DNA of 64,000 nucleotides, taken from NCBI GenBank assembly GCA_944390125.1, contig CALXOX010000001.1, positions 206,990 through 270,989 of the forward strand. Reading direction: 5' to 3'. This document shows positions 26,146 to 35,256 of this stretch, one piece after another. A program made the position numbers and the translations under genes. This DNA comes from an uncultured Alphaproteobacteria bacterium (GTDB lineage Bacteria > Pseudomonadota > Alphaproteobacteria > Rs-D84). A model generated the notes under the pieces. That model had not been told where the DNA came from and did not search any database. It saw only the letters and a list, made by a program, of their open reading frames with translations. Numbering within the stretch: the stretch's first letter is position 1; each line of letters opens with the position of its first letter.

Positions 26146-26189
26146 TTTTATTTTCTCCTACAGCAAACAACTATACGACGTCTTAAAAC

Positions 26190-27101
26190 TTATTCCGAAG
26201 TAGAAATCACCAAAACGCGATTTCCCTTATAAAACTTTGCATACGGCACAGGTGTTGCGCGTGCAAAATTACGTACCAAAGCAGATGCAACATCAACGAA
26301 GCGTCCCTTAAATACAGCACTTGCTTCAATAGGATATTCACGAGATGTTGCCCAAACTAAATCCCAACCTTCTTTATTGCACCAGTCTTGCAAAACCTCA
26401 CGCAATGTCTGACCATTTGCAACGACCCAAGAACGAACTTGATCTGTAACCGTTGCCGGGGCTTCGGCATCCGCAGAAATATCAACTGCAATTTCTGCAT
26501 CTAAGTTCTCAGTTGCCTCATTAGCCGCGGCAATTTCTGCTTCACTCATACCGTATTTCGCCATAAAGGCTTCATATCCGTCACGATATTGATTACAATC
26601 TTGACGACTACTACGAGAAACAGCCAAAACACTGCCACCATCATCTTCTAACATTTCACGGCTCAGCAAAGGCATTTCGGCACCACTTTTACATGGGTCA
26701 TCAAAACCAGCTGGCACCTGCGTACCATGCAACATATTTGCACCACCCGACCAACCAGCAAAACCATCGCTATCTGTCGTGCCTAAATTAAAATTATTTT
26801 CAACAACCAAATCAGCGCCAATTTTAGAAACTATACGAATATTGTCTTTTTGTTTATCGCCTGAACACGCACCGTCATCACACGCAACTGTAACGTCTGC
26901 ATCCGAACCAGCAATCGGCCACACAGGTACCTCCTGTTGAGCAGCCGCAGTATCTTCGTACTGAACCAATTGAGTTTCAGAAACTACTGGTTCTTGAGAA
27001 TAATAAACTTCAGACGTAACGACCTGTGGTAAATACTCATCTGCGAAACAGTACCCTGCCGCAGTTGCAAACATCGCCACGATTAGAATCTTGCGAAACA
27101 T
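26190..27101 (-). CDS. TcpQ/PilL-like pilus biogenesis protein
   Basis: Track ORF of 303 aa with a signal peptide. C-terminal ~90 aa WVVANGQTLREVLQDWCNKEGWDLVW..YPIEASAVFKGRFVDVASALV matches the TcpQ-domain pattern as I remember it. It sits immediately upstream of the secretin. Confidence 0.55.
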   Translation of the reverse strand: MFRKILIVAMFATAAGYCFADEYLPQVVTSEVYYSQEPVVSETQLVQYEDTAAAQQEVPVWPIAGSDADVTVACDDGACSGDKQKDNIRIVSKIGADLVVENNFNLGTTDSDGFAGWSGGANMLHGTQVPAGFDDPCKSGAEMPLLSREMLEDDGGSVLAVSRSSRQDCNQYRDGYEAFMAKYGMSEAEIAAANEATENLDAEIAVDISADAEAPATVTDQVRSWVVANGQTLREVLQDWCNKEGWDLVWATSREYPIEASAVFKGRFVDVASALVRNFARATPVPYAKFYKGNRVLVISTSE

Positions 27102-27290
27102 AAAAACTTCCTTTCCTGAATTGGTTATTATATTTATTACATATTATTATAACAATTTGACCGAATCTGTGCAAGATTAAAACGCACCAGAAAAGCGGCT
27201 AATTTTTATACCCCCAAAAAGATAAAATCGCACGAATCGATAAAAAATGCTATACTAGTTCGGATAGGTTTAAACTTCGGGAGTTATTAT

Positions 27291-27836
27291 ATGGAAAACG
27301 TGCTATTACTTGTTGGTATTTGCCTTGTCATTGTTCTTCAACTAGGAATATTGTATTTATTTTATACAACAAACAGTCGCGTTCGTGAAATCACTAAAAC
27401 TTTAACTCACCAATACAATTTGATTGTCAAAATTCAGTCCATTCTAAAAAACAAATCAGCAACAAACGCAGTTGCAGAGAACGCAGAGATGATTTATCAA
27501 GACCTATTACAAAACCTAATTCCAATTATGGCCGCCATTGACGTTATGCCAAGGAATACAAACGAGCATCCTCTATGGCGGGCTCTGGGTGGAATTATGG
27601 ACGAATATGCAAAAAATCCATTTGCTTTAGAAAAACTGCGTAGATGTATCAAATTAGATACAGAAGTTGCGCGAAGTGTTGATAACTATATGAATCGTGC
27701 AGACGGATTTCTGAATCACTTGACAACAACGGATCCTGACGGAATACTGGCAGCAACATTTACAGATGGCTTGTTGGGGCAATCGCTGACATTCTTTGCC
27801 CAAGCAAAACAACTTGCCATGCAAACGAATGAATAA
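27291..27836 (+). CDS. Membrane-anchored hypothetical protein
   Basis: Track ORF of 181 aa with one N-terminal TM helix. It ends 4 nt before sufB. No family recognised. Confidence 0.6.
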   Translation: MENVLLLVGICLVIVLQLGILYLFYTTNSRVREITKTLTHQYNLIVKIQSILKNKSATNAVAENAEMIYQDLLQNLIPIMAAIDVMPRNTNEHPLWRALGGIMDEYAKNPFALEKLRRCIKLDTEVARSVDNYMNRADGFLNHLTTTDPDGILAATFTDGLLGQSLTFFAQAKQLAMQTNE

Positions 27837-27839
27837 GGT

Positions 27840-29171
27840 ATGCCAAAACTATCTGAAAATCTTGTCCAAGAAATTTCAAACACTCGCGGTGAGCCTATCT
27901 GGTTATTAGAATGGCGATTGAATGCGTTACGTTCTTGGCAGAAAATGTCAGAGCCACACTGGGCTGAAATAGATTACAAAGCAATAGATTATGACTCCCT
28001 GAATTATTATAACGAAGCGAAAAAGATAGATAATTCCGAACTTCGTGAAACTTATGAAAAAATGGGTTTGCCCGAAAGCGAACAACGTGCCCTGCTTGGT
28101 ATGGCAACAGATACAGTAATAGACAGCAAGTCCGTTCATACTTCTTATACAGAAGAATTAAATAAACGCGGCATAATATTTTTACCTTTTTCAGAGGCGG
28201 TAAAACAGTATCCAGAATTAGTAAAGCAATATCTTGGTACAGTAGTTCCTGCTACAGACAATTTTTTTGCCGCATTAAATGCCGCGGTATTTTCTGATGG
28301 AACATTTGTATATATTCCGAAGAACACAAAATGTCCAATAGATTTAGCAAGCTATTTCAGAATAGAAACGGCAAAAATAGGACAGTTTGAAAGGACACTA
28401 ATTATTGCAGATGAAGGTTCTGAGCTCAGTTATATGGAAGGTTGCAGCGCACCACGCCGCCCTAATCACCAATTACATAGCGGTGTTGTTGAAATAGTAG
28501 TAAAAGATAATGCAACCGTAAAATATGCAACTGTACAAAATTGGTATGCTGGTAAATTTAACTCTGAACAAAAGAAAAACGAAGGCGGCATATTAAACTT
28601 CGTAACCAAGCGCGGAAAATGTGAAAATAATGCCAGACTAGATTGGACACAGGTAGAGATAGGTTCTGCCATGACCTGGAAGTATCCATCAACAATTTTG
28701 GCCGGAAACAATGCACATAGCGATTTTTACTCACTATCAATAACCCGTGGTGCCCAGCAAGCGGACACAGGAACAAAAATGATTCATATTGGAGATAACA
28801 CTGTATCCAATATAACGTCATATGGTGTTGCATTAGATGCCTCGCGACAGACATTTAGAAGTTTAGTAAGTTTTAGCGGTCACAATGGTAAAAACGCATC
28901 GAAATGCGACACAAGATTGATTGGTTCAGAAGCAATTGCCAACACTCTGCCAACTATAATACACACGAACGGAGATAATTTGCAAAGCCACGAGGCTTCA
29001 ACAGGAGCCATAGACGCCAATCAACTGCAATTTTTAATGGAATCTGGAATCGAAGAAGATGAAGCAACCGCATTGATAATAGGCGCAGTCGCCTCACCTG
29101 TCATATCAAGATTACCCATGGAATTTCTTGTAGAATCAAAACAACTAATTCAAATGGCATTATCAAAATAA
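27840..29171 (+). CDS. sufB: Fe-S cluster assembly protein SufB
   Basis: Track ORF of 443 aa. Contains FERTLIIADEGSELSYMEGCSAP and the beta-helix core typical of SufB. Confidence 0.9.
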   Translation: MPKLSENLVQEISNTRGEPIWLLEWRLNALRSWQKMSEPHWAEIDYKAIDYDSLNYYNEAKKIDNSELRETYEKMGLPESEQRALLGMATDTVIDSKSVHTSYTEELNKRGIIFLPFSEAVKQYPELVKQYLGTVVPATDNFFAALNAAVFSDGTFVYIPKNTKCPIDLASYFRIETAKIGQFERTLIIADEGSELSYMEGCSAPRRPNHQLHSGVVEIVVKDNATVKYATVQNWYAGKFNSEQKKNEGGILNFVTKRGKCENNARLDWTQVEIGSAMTWKYPSTILAGNNAHSDFYSLSITRGAQQADTGTKMIHIGDNTVSNITSYGVALDASRQTFRSLVSFSGHNGKNASKCDTRLIGSEAIANTLPTIIHTNGDNLQSHEASTGAIDANQLQFLMESGIEEDEATALIIGAVASPVISRLPMEFLVESKQLIQMALSK

Positions 29172-29174
29172 AAA

Positions 29175-29786
29175 TCACTCTGTCCAATAACAGCGAGCAG
29201 ACCAGCTATTTCCTTCTATAATATATTCTCCAGTTTCATCACTATACACACTATATGTTCTGTCAAAAGGTTGCAAATAACAATCCTCCAACGTCATATT
29301 CGCCATGCTTGCTGTTGTACCATATGACATTCCTTCCTCAGAATCCATACCGCATTCTACACACGGAACCCCAGGACATCTTACACAGTCTTTGGCATCA
29401 GTAGAATAATAGTAACCATACTGACAATATGCTTCAATAGAAATCACCGTCCACGTATCACACAAGCACCCACTGCCCTGTTCGGTTATTGTGGCACCAT
29501 TTTCAGTTCTTGTGCGAGTTCCACACGAAGTATAACAAAAGCCAGAGGAAGTACATTTGACACCATTACTTGAAGAACCAACCGAAACATTTGTAACGCC
29601 TTTCGTACACCCAGCATAAGTAGATTTACAATTTCCAGCTTGCGTACTGCCGCCACCAAGGCACCAAAGGCATTGATAAGATGTGCTCCTTGCGCAGTAA
29701 CCATCTATGGTATAGGACGCAGCGAAAGAATTTGTGAATACGAACATCCAAAAACAAATTACACCAACAAAAATTTTTTTCATCAT
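29175..29786 (-). CDS. Small Cys-rich secreted protein (paralog of 5569..6186)
   Basis: Track ORF 29175..29828. I prefer the ATG at 29786 or 29783 (MMKKIFVGVICFWMFVFTNSFA), which follows a CAGGAG RBS. C-terminal module CQYGYY..CVRCP..YGTT..DCYLQ..DETGEYIIEG..CYWTE. Preceded by leader copy 2. Confidence 0.75.
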   Translation of the reverse strand: MMKKIFVGVICFWMFVFTNSFAASYTIDGYCARSTSYQCLWCLGGGSTQAGNCKSTYAGCTKGVTNVSVGSSSNGVKCTSSGFCYTSCGTRTRTENGATITEQGSGCLCDTWTVISIEAYCQYGYYYSTDAKDCVRCPGVPCVECGMDSEEGMSYGTTASMANMTLEDCYLQPFDRTYSVYSDETGEYIIEGNSWSARCYWTE

Positions 29787-29807
29787 CAAACTCCTGTTTT
29801 TTTCAGA

Positions 29808-30022
29808 ACGAAAAAACCACCAAAGCATTTGGTGGTCAGGAGGTTAACGACAATTACAGGAATTGTGCTGCTTATTCAATATATTCGCAAGCCCTCCTGA
29901 CACATATCAGGAGTTTATTTTTCGTCGTAATACTAAAAACGGCGCAAAGGTCCGCGCCATAAGTACATATTCCGACGCCTGTAAAGAGGTCGTTACACCC
30001 CATCAGCAGAACACCCGCCGAC
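29808..30022 (-). promoter_or_regulatory. Structured 5' leader, candidate riboswitch/attenuator, copy 2 of 2
   Basis: Minus-strand RNA from about 30022 to the terminator ACCACCAAA-UGC-UUUGGUGGU-UUUUU (29836-29811). It shares long identical blocks with 6212-6421. Confidence 0.6.
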
Positions 30023-30028
30023 AGAGAC

Positions 30029-30057
30029 ATTATAGGTTTCCGCACGTTGCAACGCAA
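30029..30057 (-). promoter_or_regulatory. Putative promoter of leader copy 2
   Basis: Minus strand: -35 TTGCGT (30052-30057), 17-nt spacer, -10 TATAAT (30029-30034). Confidence 0.55.
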
Positions 30058-30074
30058 GCAATTTATGTTATAAT
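30047..30074 (+). promoter_or_regulatory. Putative sufC promoter (divergent, overlapping the leader promoter)
   Basis: Plus strand: -35 TTGCAA (30047-30052), 16-nt spacer, -10 TATAAT (30069-30074). AAGGTG RBS precedes the ATG at 30101. Confidence 0.5.
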
Positions 30075-30100
30075 TCTAGCTATAAATAAGGTGTTGATAG

Positions 30101-30778
30101 ATGTTAGAAATAAAAAATTTATCTGTATCTCTTGGTGATAAAAGTTTATTGACCGACATAAACATGCATATAAAAAGGGGTGCCCGTCACTTATTGGCTG
30201 GGCATAATGGTTCTGGAAAATCTACACTTGTCGGTACAATTATTGGTAACCCAGCATATACCATAACTAGTGGTAAGATAATATTTGACGACAAAGATAT
30301 AACAAACGAAAATACCACAACACGTGCATTATTAGGGATTTTTCTTGGTGCACAAAACGTACCTGAAATACCTGGTCTTACCGTATTGAGTTTTTTAAAA
30401 CACTCTATTGCCGCACATAAACATTTTGAAACAGGAAAAGAACTATCTATGGGCGAATTTCTGTCAAACCTAGAAACAGCTCGCACTAAATTAGACATTC
30501 CAAAAGAATGGTTAAACCGCAGTATAAACGTCGGTTTTTCTGGTGGCGAACGCAAACGCCTGATGCTGCTACGTCTGATTTTAACCAATCCGAAATTCGC
30601 CATTCTTGACGAGCCTGATTCTGGTGCAGACGCAACTGTACAACAACAGATTGTTGATACCATACACGAAATGAAAGATACAACATTCCTGTTTATAAGC
30701 CACCAACAGCATTTCACAGAATTGGTAAAACCTACAGATATAACGACTTTGTCGGATGGTAAAGTTATGATAAAATAG
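30101..30778 (+). CDS. sufC: Fe-S cluster assembly ATPase SufC
   Basis: Track ORF of 225 aa. Walker A GHNGSGKST, ABC signature FSGGERKR, Walker B AILDEPDSG. Confidence 0.95.
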   Translation: MLEIKNLSVSLGDKSLLTDINMHIKRGARHLLAGHNGSGKSTLVGTIIGNPAYTITSGKIIFDDKDITNENTTTRALLGIFLGAQNVPEIPGLTVLSFLKHSIAAHKHFETGKELSMGEFLSNLETARTKLDIPKEWLNRSINVGFSGGERKRLMLLRLILTNPKFAILDEPDSGADATVQQQIVDTIHEMKDTTFLFISHQQHFTELVKPTDITTLSDGKVMIK

Positions 30779-30796
30779 TCATAAAAAGGACAGTAA

Positions 30797-31696
30797 ATGA
30801 AACTTCATAAATCATTATCTTTGTTATCTTGGCTTCTTTGGTTCCCATTAAAGTTTTCGATAATTTCATTTTTATTGATACTGATGACTTTCGCACTTGT
30901 TGGACATTTTGCACCAACTGCATCGGATGCAGCAATGGCTTCGTGGCTTACTCTCGCCGTTATAATTTCTGCCATAATAACGCTATATAATATGCCACGA
31001 CAAAATATGGACCAAAAAGGGTTCGTTGCCTTAAATAATGCCCAGATGTTTATACTAGCAACTTGTTTTATGATAACAATGTTACTGATAACCGCATATA
31101 GAAATGAAATATTTATAAAAACAATGTGGCTAAGCACGCATTATAGCTCTTCGTTTATATTCATTGTTATAATAACCGCCCTTTTGTTTCTGTATCTCTT
31201 CGGTATATTCGTAACTAATTGGTATGCTAAATTCAGACGTTGTCGCGAAATGGGCATTTCCACTTGGAAAATTATTTGTTCTATGCCATTTGGATTTTCA
31301 TTTATGTGGATTCCAGGCTATCTGATAAATGATAAAAAACTTCAAAACCCAGCAGTCAATGTTCACAATAAATTATACACGAAAATAAATACTTGGATTG
31401 TTACACACAATATAAGAACAATTATCGCGTTCATTACTTTGACATTATATTCCGGATTCTTTTTCGGTTTTAACTCTGTGCTTTTAACGATAGCATCAGC
31501 AATCGTATTCATGCTGTGGTTTAAATCTGTTGGGCTTTCAAGTTTTCGCCAACAACAGAATAAAATTTATTCATACGTTGCAATAATAATAAACATCGCT
31601 GTTTTCTTGGGTATAGTTATATATTTTACCCAACACACAGCCCCTGACATAACCGTAAATATAACTGACGTTGCAGACACACAAATTATGAGTTAA
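30797..31696 (+). CDS. Polytopic membrane protein, unknown function
   Basis: Track ORF of 299 aa with about 8 hydrophobic helices. It occupies the position where sufD would be expected but looks nothing like SufD. Confidence 0.6.
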   Translation: MKLHKSLSLLSWLLWFPLKFSIISFLLILMTFALVGHFAPTASDAAMASWLTLAVIISAIITLYNMPRQNMDQKGFVALNNAQMFILATCFMITMLLITAYRNEIFIKTMWLSTHYSSSFIFIVIITALLFLYLFGIFVTNWYAKFRRCREMGISTWKIICSMPFGFSFMWIPGYLINDKKLQNPAVNVHNKLYTKINTWIVTHNIRTIIAFITLTLYSGFFFGFNSVLLTIASAIVFMLWFKSVGLSSFRQQQNKIYSYVAIIINIAVFLGIVIYFTQHTAPDITVNITDVADTQIMS

Positions 31697-31738
31697 AAAA
31701 CGCGCTATATGCATCAAAACAAAGCATAGGAGGATTTT

Positions 31739-32788
31739 ATGAATGGAATAATTTTATTTATTGGCCTACTTTTAATTCTGTGGCTTGGTCGTTCAATTTT
31801 GATTCCGTTGCTTGTCGCAACTTTTTTATGGTACTTGATAAACGCTATAGCAACATACTTCAGGAAACTATTTCCATTTAATTCTGATGAAAAAAGAAAA
31901 ACGAAACCTATCGTGGCCACGATATTTGATTGGACTTCCAACATATTAGCCGTGTTTGTAATGTGCGTTCTAATGTACTTTTTCGTCACCCAGATACAGC
32001 CTATGTTCAGAGAATTAGTTGCAGCATTACCTGGACTACAACATAGGATTATAGAATTCAGTCATTATGTTTCGCAGTCTATCGGATTAAATTTTGATGT
32101 AAACATGCTGCCAAATGTTGCAAACATTGCTGCAAACATAGGTTCTTCAATTGCCGGCATAGTTACATCAACAGGCATGATTTTAATTTATATGATATTC
32201 ATGTTTATTGAACAAAGTACATTTGATAAAAAGTTCTCTGCCCTATTTCCTAACAAAACTAAATACAAAAAAGTTCGCTATATCATAGACAGCATTGATG
32301 ACAACATGAAAAAGTACTTATTCATGAAGACTTTATTGTCGGGGATTACCGGTATTTTGTCGTATTTTTGGTTACAAATGATTGGCGTGGAATTTGCTGG
32401 CATATGGGCATTTATTGTGTTTATTACAAGTTATATTCCAACTATTGGGGCAATTGTTGCATGTGGATTGCCAATTTTATATTCATTGGTAACAGCCCCA
32501 TCACTACATCAACCAATTCTAACTGCAATCGGTTTGATAACGCTGCAGGTGGTATTTGGCAATATATTAGAGCCTAAATTTACAGGTAAAACTTTAAACT
32601 TGTCGACATTAGCTATATTGATAAATTTGGTATTTTGGGGAGTTATTTGGGGCATAGCTGGTATGTTTTTCAGTGTGCCTTTATTAGTAGCAATATTTAT
32701 CATAACTGCTCAATTCGATTCGACACGCTGGATAGCAATATTGTTATCTGCTGACGGGAAAATCCCGGCAAAAAATGAAGACGAATAA
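31739..32788 (+). CDS. AI-2E family transporter (PerM/YhhT-like)
   Basis: Track ORF of 349 aa. Polytopic, with NILEPKFTGKTLNLSTLAILINLVFWGVIWGIAGMFFSVPL typical of the family. Confidence 0.8.
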   Translation: MNGIILFIGLLLILWLGRSILIPLLVATFLWYLINAIATYFRKLFPFNSDEKRKTKPIVATIFDWTSNILAVFVMCVLMYFFVTQIQPMFRELVAALPGLQHRIIEFSHYVSQSIGLNFDVNMLPNVANIAANIGSSIAGIVTSTGMILIYMIFMFIEQSTFDKKFSALFPNKTKYKKVRYIIDSIDDNMKKYLFMKTLLSGITGILSYFWLQMIGVEFAGIWAFIVFITSYIPTIGAIVACGLPILYSLVTAPSLHQPILTAIGLITLQVVFGNILEPKFTGKTLNLSTLAILINLVFWGVIWGIAGMFFSVPLLVAIFIITAQFDSTRWIAILLSADGKIPAKNEDE

Positions 32789-32829
32789 CGACAAAAAACG
32801 GTGCTATATGCACCGTTTCTGGTATTTTT

Positions 32830-33285
32830 TTACATTTTTAAGCGTTTAATTATTGCAATTGCATTTTCTAAAATAACGCGTGCAGCTTCTGAATCTAATT
32901 CAGATTTGATATCTGAAACTCTAACCTTCCCCATAGATTCTTGTGCACTCATACTCGTAAAACTCTCATCTATAAAAGCCACTGGCAAATCGCTGTATGT
33001 GCATAATTCTGTGGCAAACACGCGAACTGCATTGGTTGTTTCCGATTCAGAACCATCTGAATAAAGTGGCAATCCAATAACAATACCGCAAACATTTTCT
33101 GTCTTTGCGATATCGGCAACTTGCCGTGCAACAGAAAGTCCGTTACGTGCTGTTTTTATCACAGGTCTTGCAAAAACAAAATTTCTGCTTTCGTCTGACA
33201 CAGCGACCCCTGTGCGACTTGCGCCCCAATCTATTCCCAATATGCGTCCAACGCGCGGAAAATCGTTGAAATCTGGCAAAATCAT
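32830..33285 (-). CDS. ruvX: Holliday junction resolvase-like RuvX (YqgF)
   Basis: Track ORF of 151 aa. Contains ILGIDWGASRTGVAVSD and VIGLPLYSDGSES. Confidence 0.9.
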   Translation of the reverse strand: MILPDFNDFPRVGRILGIDWGASRTGVAVSDESRNFVFARPVIKTARNGLSVARQVADIAKTENVCGIVIGLPLYSDGSESETTNAVRVFATELCTYSDLPVAFIDESFTSMSAQESMGKVRVSDIKSELDSEAARVILENAIAIIKRLKM

Positions 33286-33335
33286 TGTATAATTTCCTCT
33301 AAAGTTTTTTACTATATAACAGAATAGGATTCAAA

Positions 33336-33629
33336 ATGGCATTTAGCAAGCAACAATTAAAGAAATTTGCTGATTTGATACGAATTGATATTTCCGATGA
33401 AAAATTGGAAAAAATGAACATTGATTCCGTAATAGACTGGCTGGATAAACTGCAAAAAATTGATACAACTGGTATTGAGCCAATGTTAAACCCTGCGGAA
33501 CACAAACTGCCAAAACGTGCAGACGTTGTAAATGACGGTAATATTCGTGATGCAGTATTAGCAAATGATCCAGATACAGCTGGTGTATCTCGCGGTTATT
33601 TTGCGGTACCTAAAGTTATGGACGAATAA
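33336..33629 (+). CDS. gatC: Asp/Glu-tRNA amidotransferase subunit C
   Basis: Track ORF of 97 aa. The LIRIDISDEKLEKM...IEPM pattern and its position upstream of gatA support the call. Confidence 0.9.
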   Translation: MAFSKQQLKKFADLIRIDISDEKLEKMNIDSVIDWLDKLQKIDTTGIEPMLNPAEHKLPKRADVVNDGNIRDAVLANDPDTAGVSRGYFAVPKVMDE

Positions 33630-33656
33630 AATTAAACAACAATTCGGAAAATTAAA

Positions 33657-35123
33657 ATGATAGACCTAACAATTACAGAAGCATTAGAACAATTAAAATC
33701 TGGTAAAATCAGTTCTACAGAACTGACCAAGGCGTACCTAGATCGTATTGAAAAATATGGTACTGAATTAAATTGTTATATAACGATAACCCCAGAACGT
33801 GCTCTGGCAGACGCAGCCGCATCTGATGCACGTTATGCGGCCGGCAGTCCTCTACCCTTGGATGGTCTGCCAATTGGTATGAAAGATTTATTTGCAACCA
33901 AGGGGATTCGCACGACAGCGGCATCACATATGTTAGAAAACTTTGTTCCAGAATACGAATCGACTGTATCTCAAAAATTCATCGATGCTGGTACAGTGTT
34001 ATTAGGAAAAACCAACCTAGACGAATTTGCGATGGGAACATTCAGCAAGACAAGTTATTTTGGTGCCCCCGTAAACCCCTGGCAAATGGAACGAAAATTG
34101 ACGGCAGGTGGTTCTTCTGGGGGAACAACAAGTGCTGTTGCTGCAGGTTTAGCAATTGGCGGCACTGGAACTGATACTGGTGGTTCGATTCGTTTTCCAT
34201 CTGCAATAACTGGTTTAGTTGGGATGAAACCAACTTATGGCTTGTGCAGTCGTTGGGGTTGTGTTGCATTTGCGTCCAGTCTAGACACACCTGGTCCAAT
34301 TGCACGTACAGTTGATGATGCCGCCCTATTATTATCTGCTATGGCGGGTCATGACAAAAAAGATTCTACAAGCGCGGATGCCGGATTTCATGCACATACA
34401 CCGCTTGAACCTATTTTGGGTAACGGTAAGAAATTACGTGTCGGTGTTATAAAAGAATTTGCAAATGTCGAAATTTCTTCTGACATGAAGCAAGTACTTG
34501 AAGCCAGAATTGCAGATTTAAAATCTGCTGGTGCCGAAATCGTTGAAGTATCAATTCCAAACATTCTAGATGCGTTGGCAGCATATTATATCATTGCCCC
34601 TGCAGAGGCATCCTCTAACTTGGCTCGCTATGATGGCATGCGTTATGGATTACGTGTTGAAGGAACAGATTTAATAGACACATACAAAAAAACTCGTGCA
34701 GCAGGATTTGGTGAAGAAGTACAACGTCGTATGATTGTTGGTACTGCAGTATTATCCAGTGAATCGTATGAAGTATATTTCATGCAAGCAGCACGTGTTC
34801 GTCGTATGCTTGCCGACAGTTTCAATGCAGCATTTGAACAATGTGATTTGATAGTTTGCCCATCAAGCGCTGGACCTGCAATGCCATTAGATTCTGATTT
34901 AACACCATTGGAATACTATGCGTTGGACTTATTCACAGTTGCAATGAATTTAGCGGGCATTCCAGCCTGCAGTGTACCAGCAGGTTTGGCAGAAAATGGA
35001 TTGCCATTGGGATTACAAGTTGTGGGCAAACGCTTTGACGATATGCGCGTTCTGCAGTTGGCAAAGCATATTGAGCAGTTTGCGGGTGTAGATAATCGTC
35101 CAACAAAGATAATGGGGAAATAA
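33657..35123 (+). CDS. gatA: Asp/Glu-tRNA amidotransferase subunit A
   Basis: Track ORF of 488 aa. Amidase signature GGSSGGTTSAVAAG..GTDTGGSIRFPSA. Confidence 0.95.
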   Translation: MIDLTITEALEQLKSGKISSTELTKAYLDRIEKYGTELNCYITITPERALADAAASDARYAAGSPLPLDGLPIGMKDLFATKGIRTTAASHMLENFVPEYESTVSQKFIDAGTVLLGKTNLDEFAMGTFSKTSYFGAPVNPWQMERKLTAGGSSGGTTSAVAAGLAIGGTGTDTGGSIRFPSAITGLVGMKPTYGLCSRWGCVAFASSLDTPGPIARTVDDAALLLSAMAGHDKKDSTSADAGFHAHTPLEPILGNGKKLRVGVIKEFANVEISSDMKQVLEARIADLKSAGAEIVEVSIPNILDALAAYYIIAPAEASSNLARYDGMRYGLRVEGTDLIDTYKKTRAAGFGEEVQRRMIVGTAVLSSESYEVYFMQAARVRRMLADSFNAAFEQCDLIVCPSSAGPAMPLDSDLTPLEYYALDLFTVAMNLAGIPACSVPAGLAENGLPLGLQVVGKRFDDMRVLQLAKHIEQFAGVDNRPTKIMGK

Positions 35124-35127
35124 AAAA

Positions 35128-35203
35128 TGGTGGCTAGAAGTGGAATCGAACCACTGACACAGGGATTTTCAGTCCCTTGCTCTACCAACTGAGCTATCTA
35201 GCC
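35128..35203 (-). tRNA. tRNA-Phe (GAA)
   Basis: Minus-strand sequence GGCUAGAUAGCUCAGUUGGUAGAGCAAGGGACUGAAAAUCCCUGUGUCAGUGGUUCGAUUCCACUUCUAGCCACCA. It folds as a cloverleaf with anticodon loop CUGAAAA, T-loop GGUUCGAUUCC and an encoded CCA. Confidence 0.9.
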
Positions 35204-35256
35204 AACGTGAGACGAATAATAAAGTACTAAATAAAAAAAAGCAAGGAAAAAGAAAA

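Noticed and set aside
29863-30138. Track ORFs inside leader copy 2 (29863..30138 +, 29872..30057 -, 29640..29900 +)
   Set aside because: No RBS is present. The frames are not conserved in the paralogous copy at 6187-6457, where the equivalent minus-strand AUG frame stops after 11 codons. The conservation pattern follows RNA helices, not codons.
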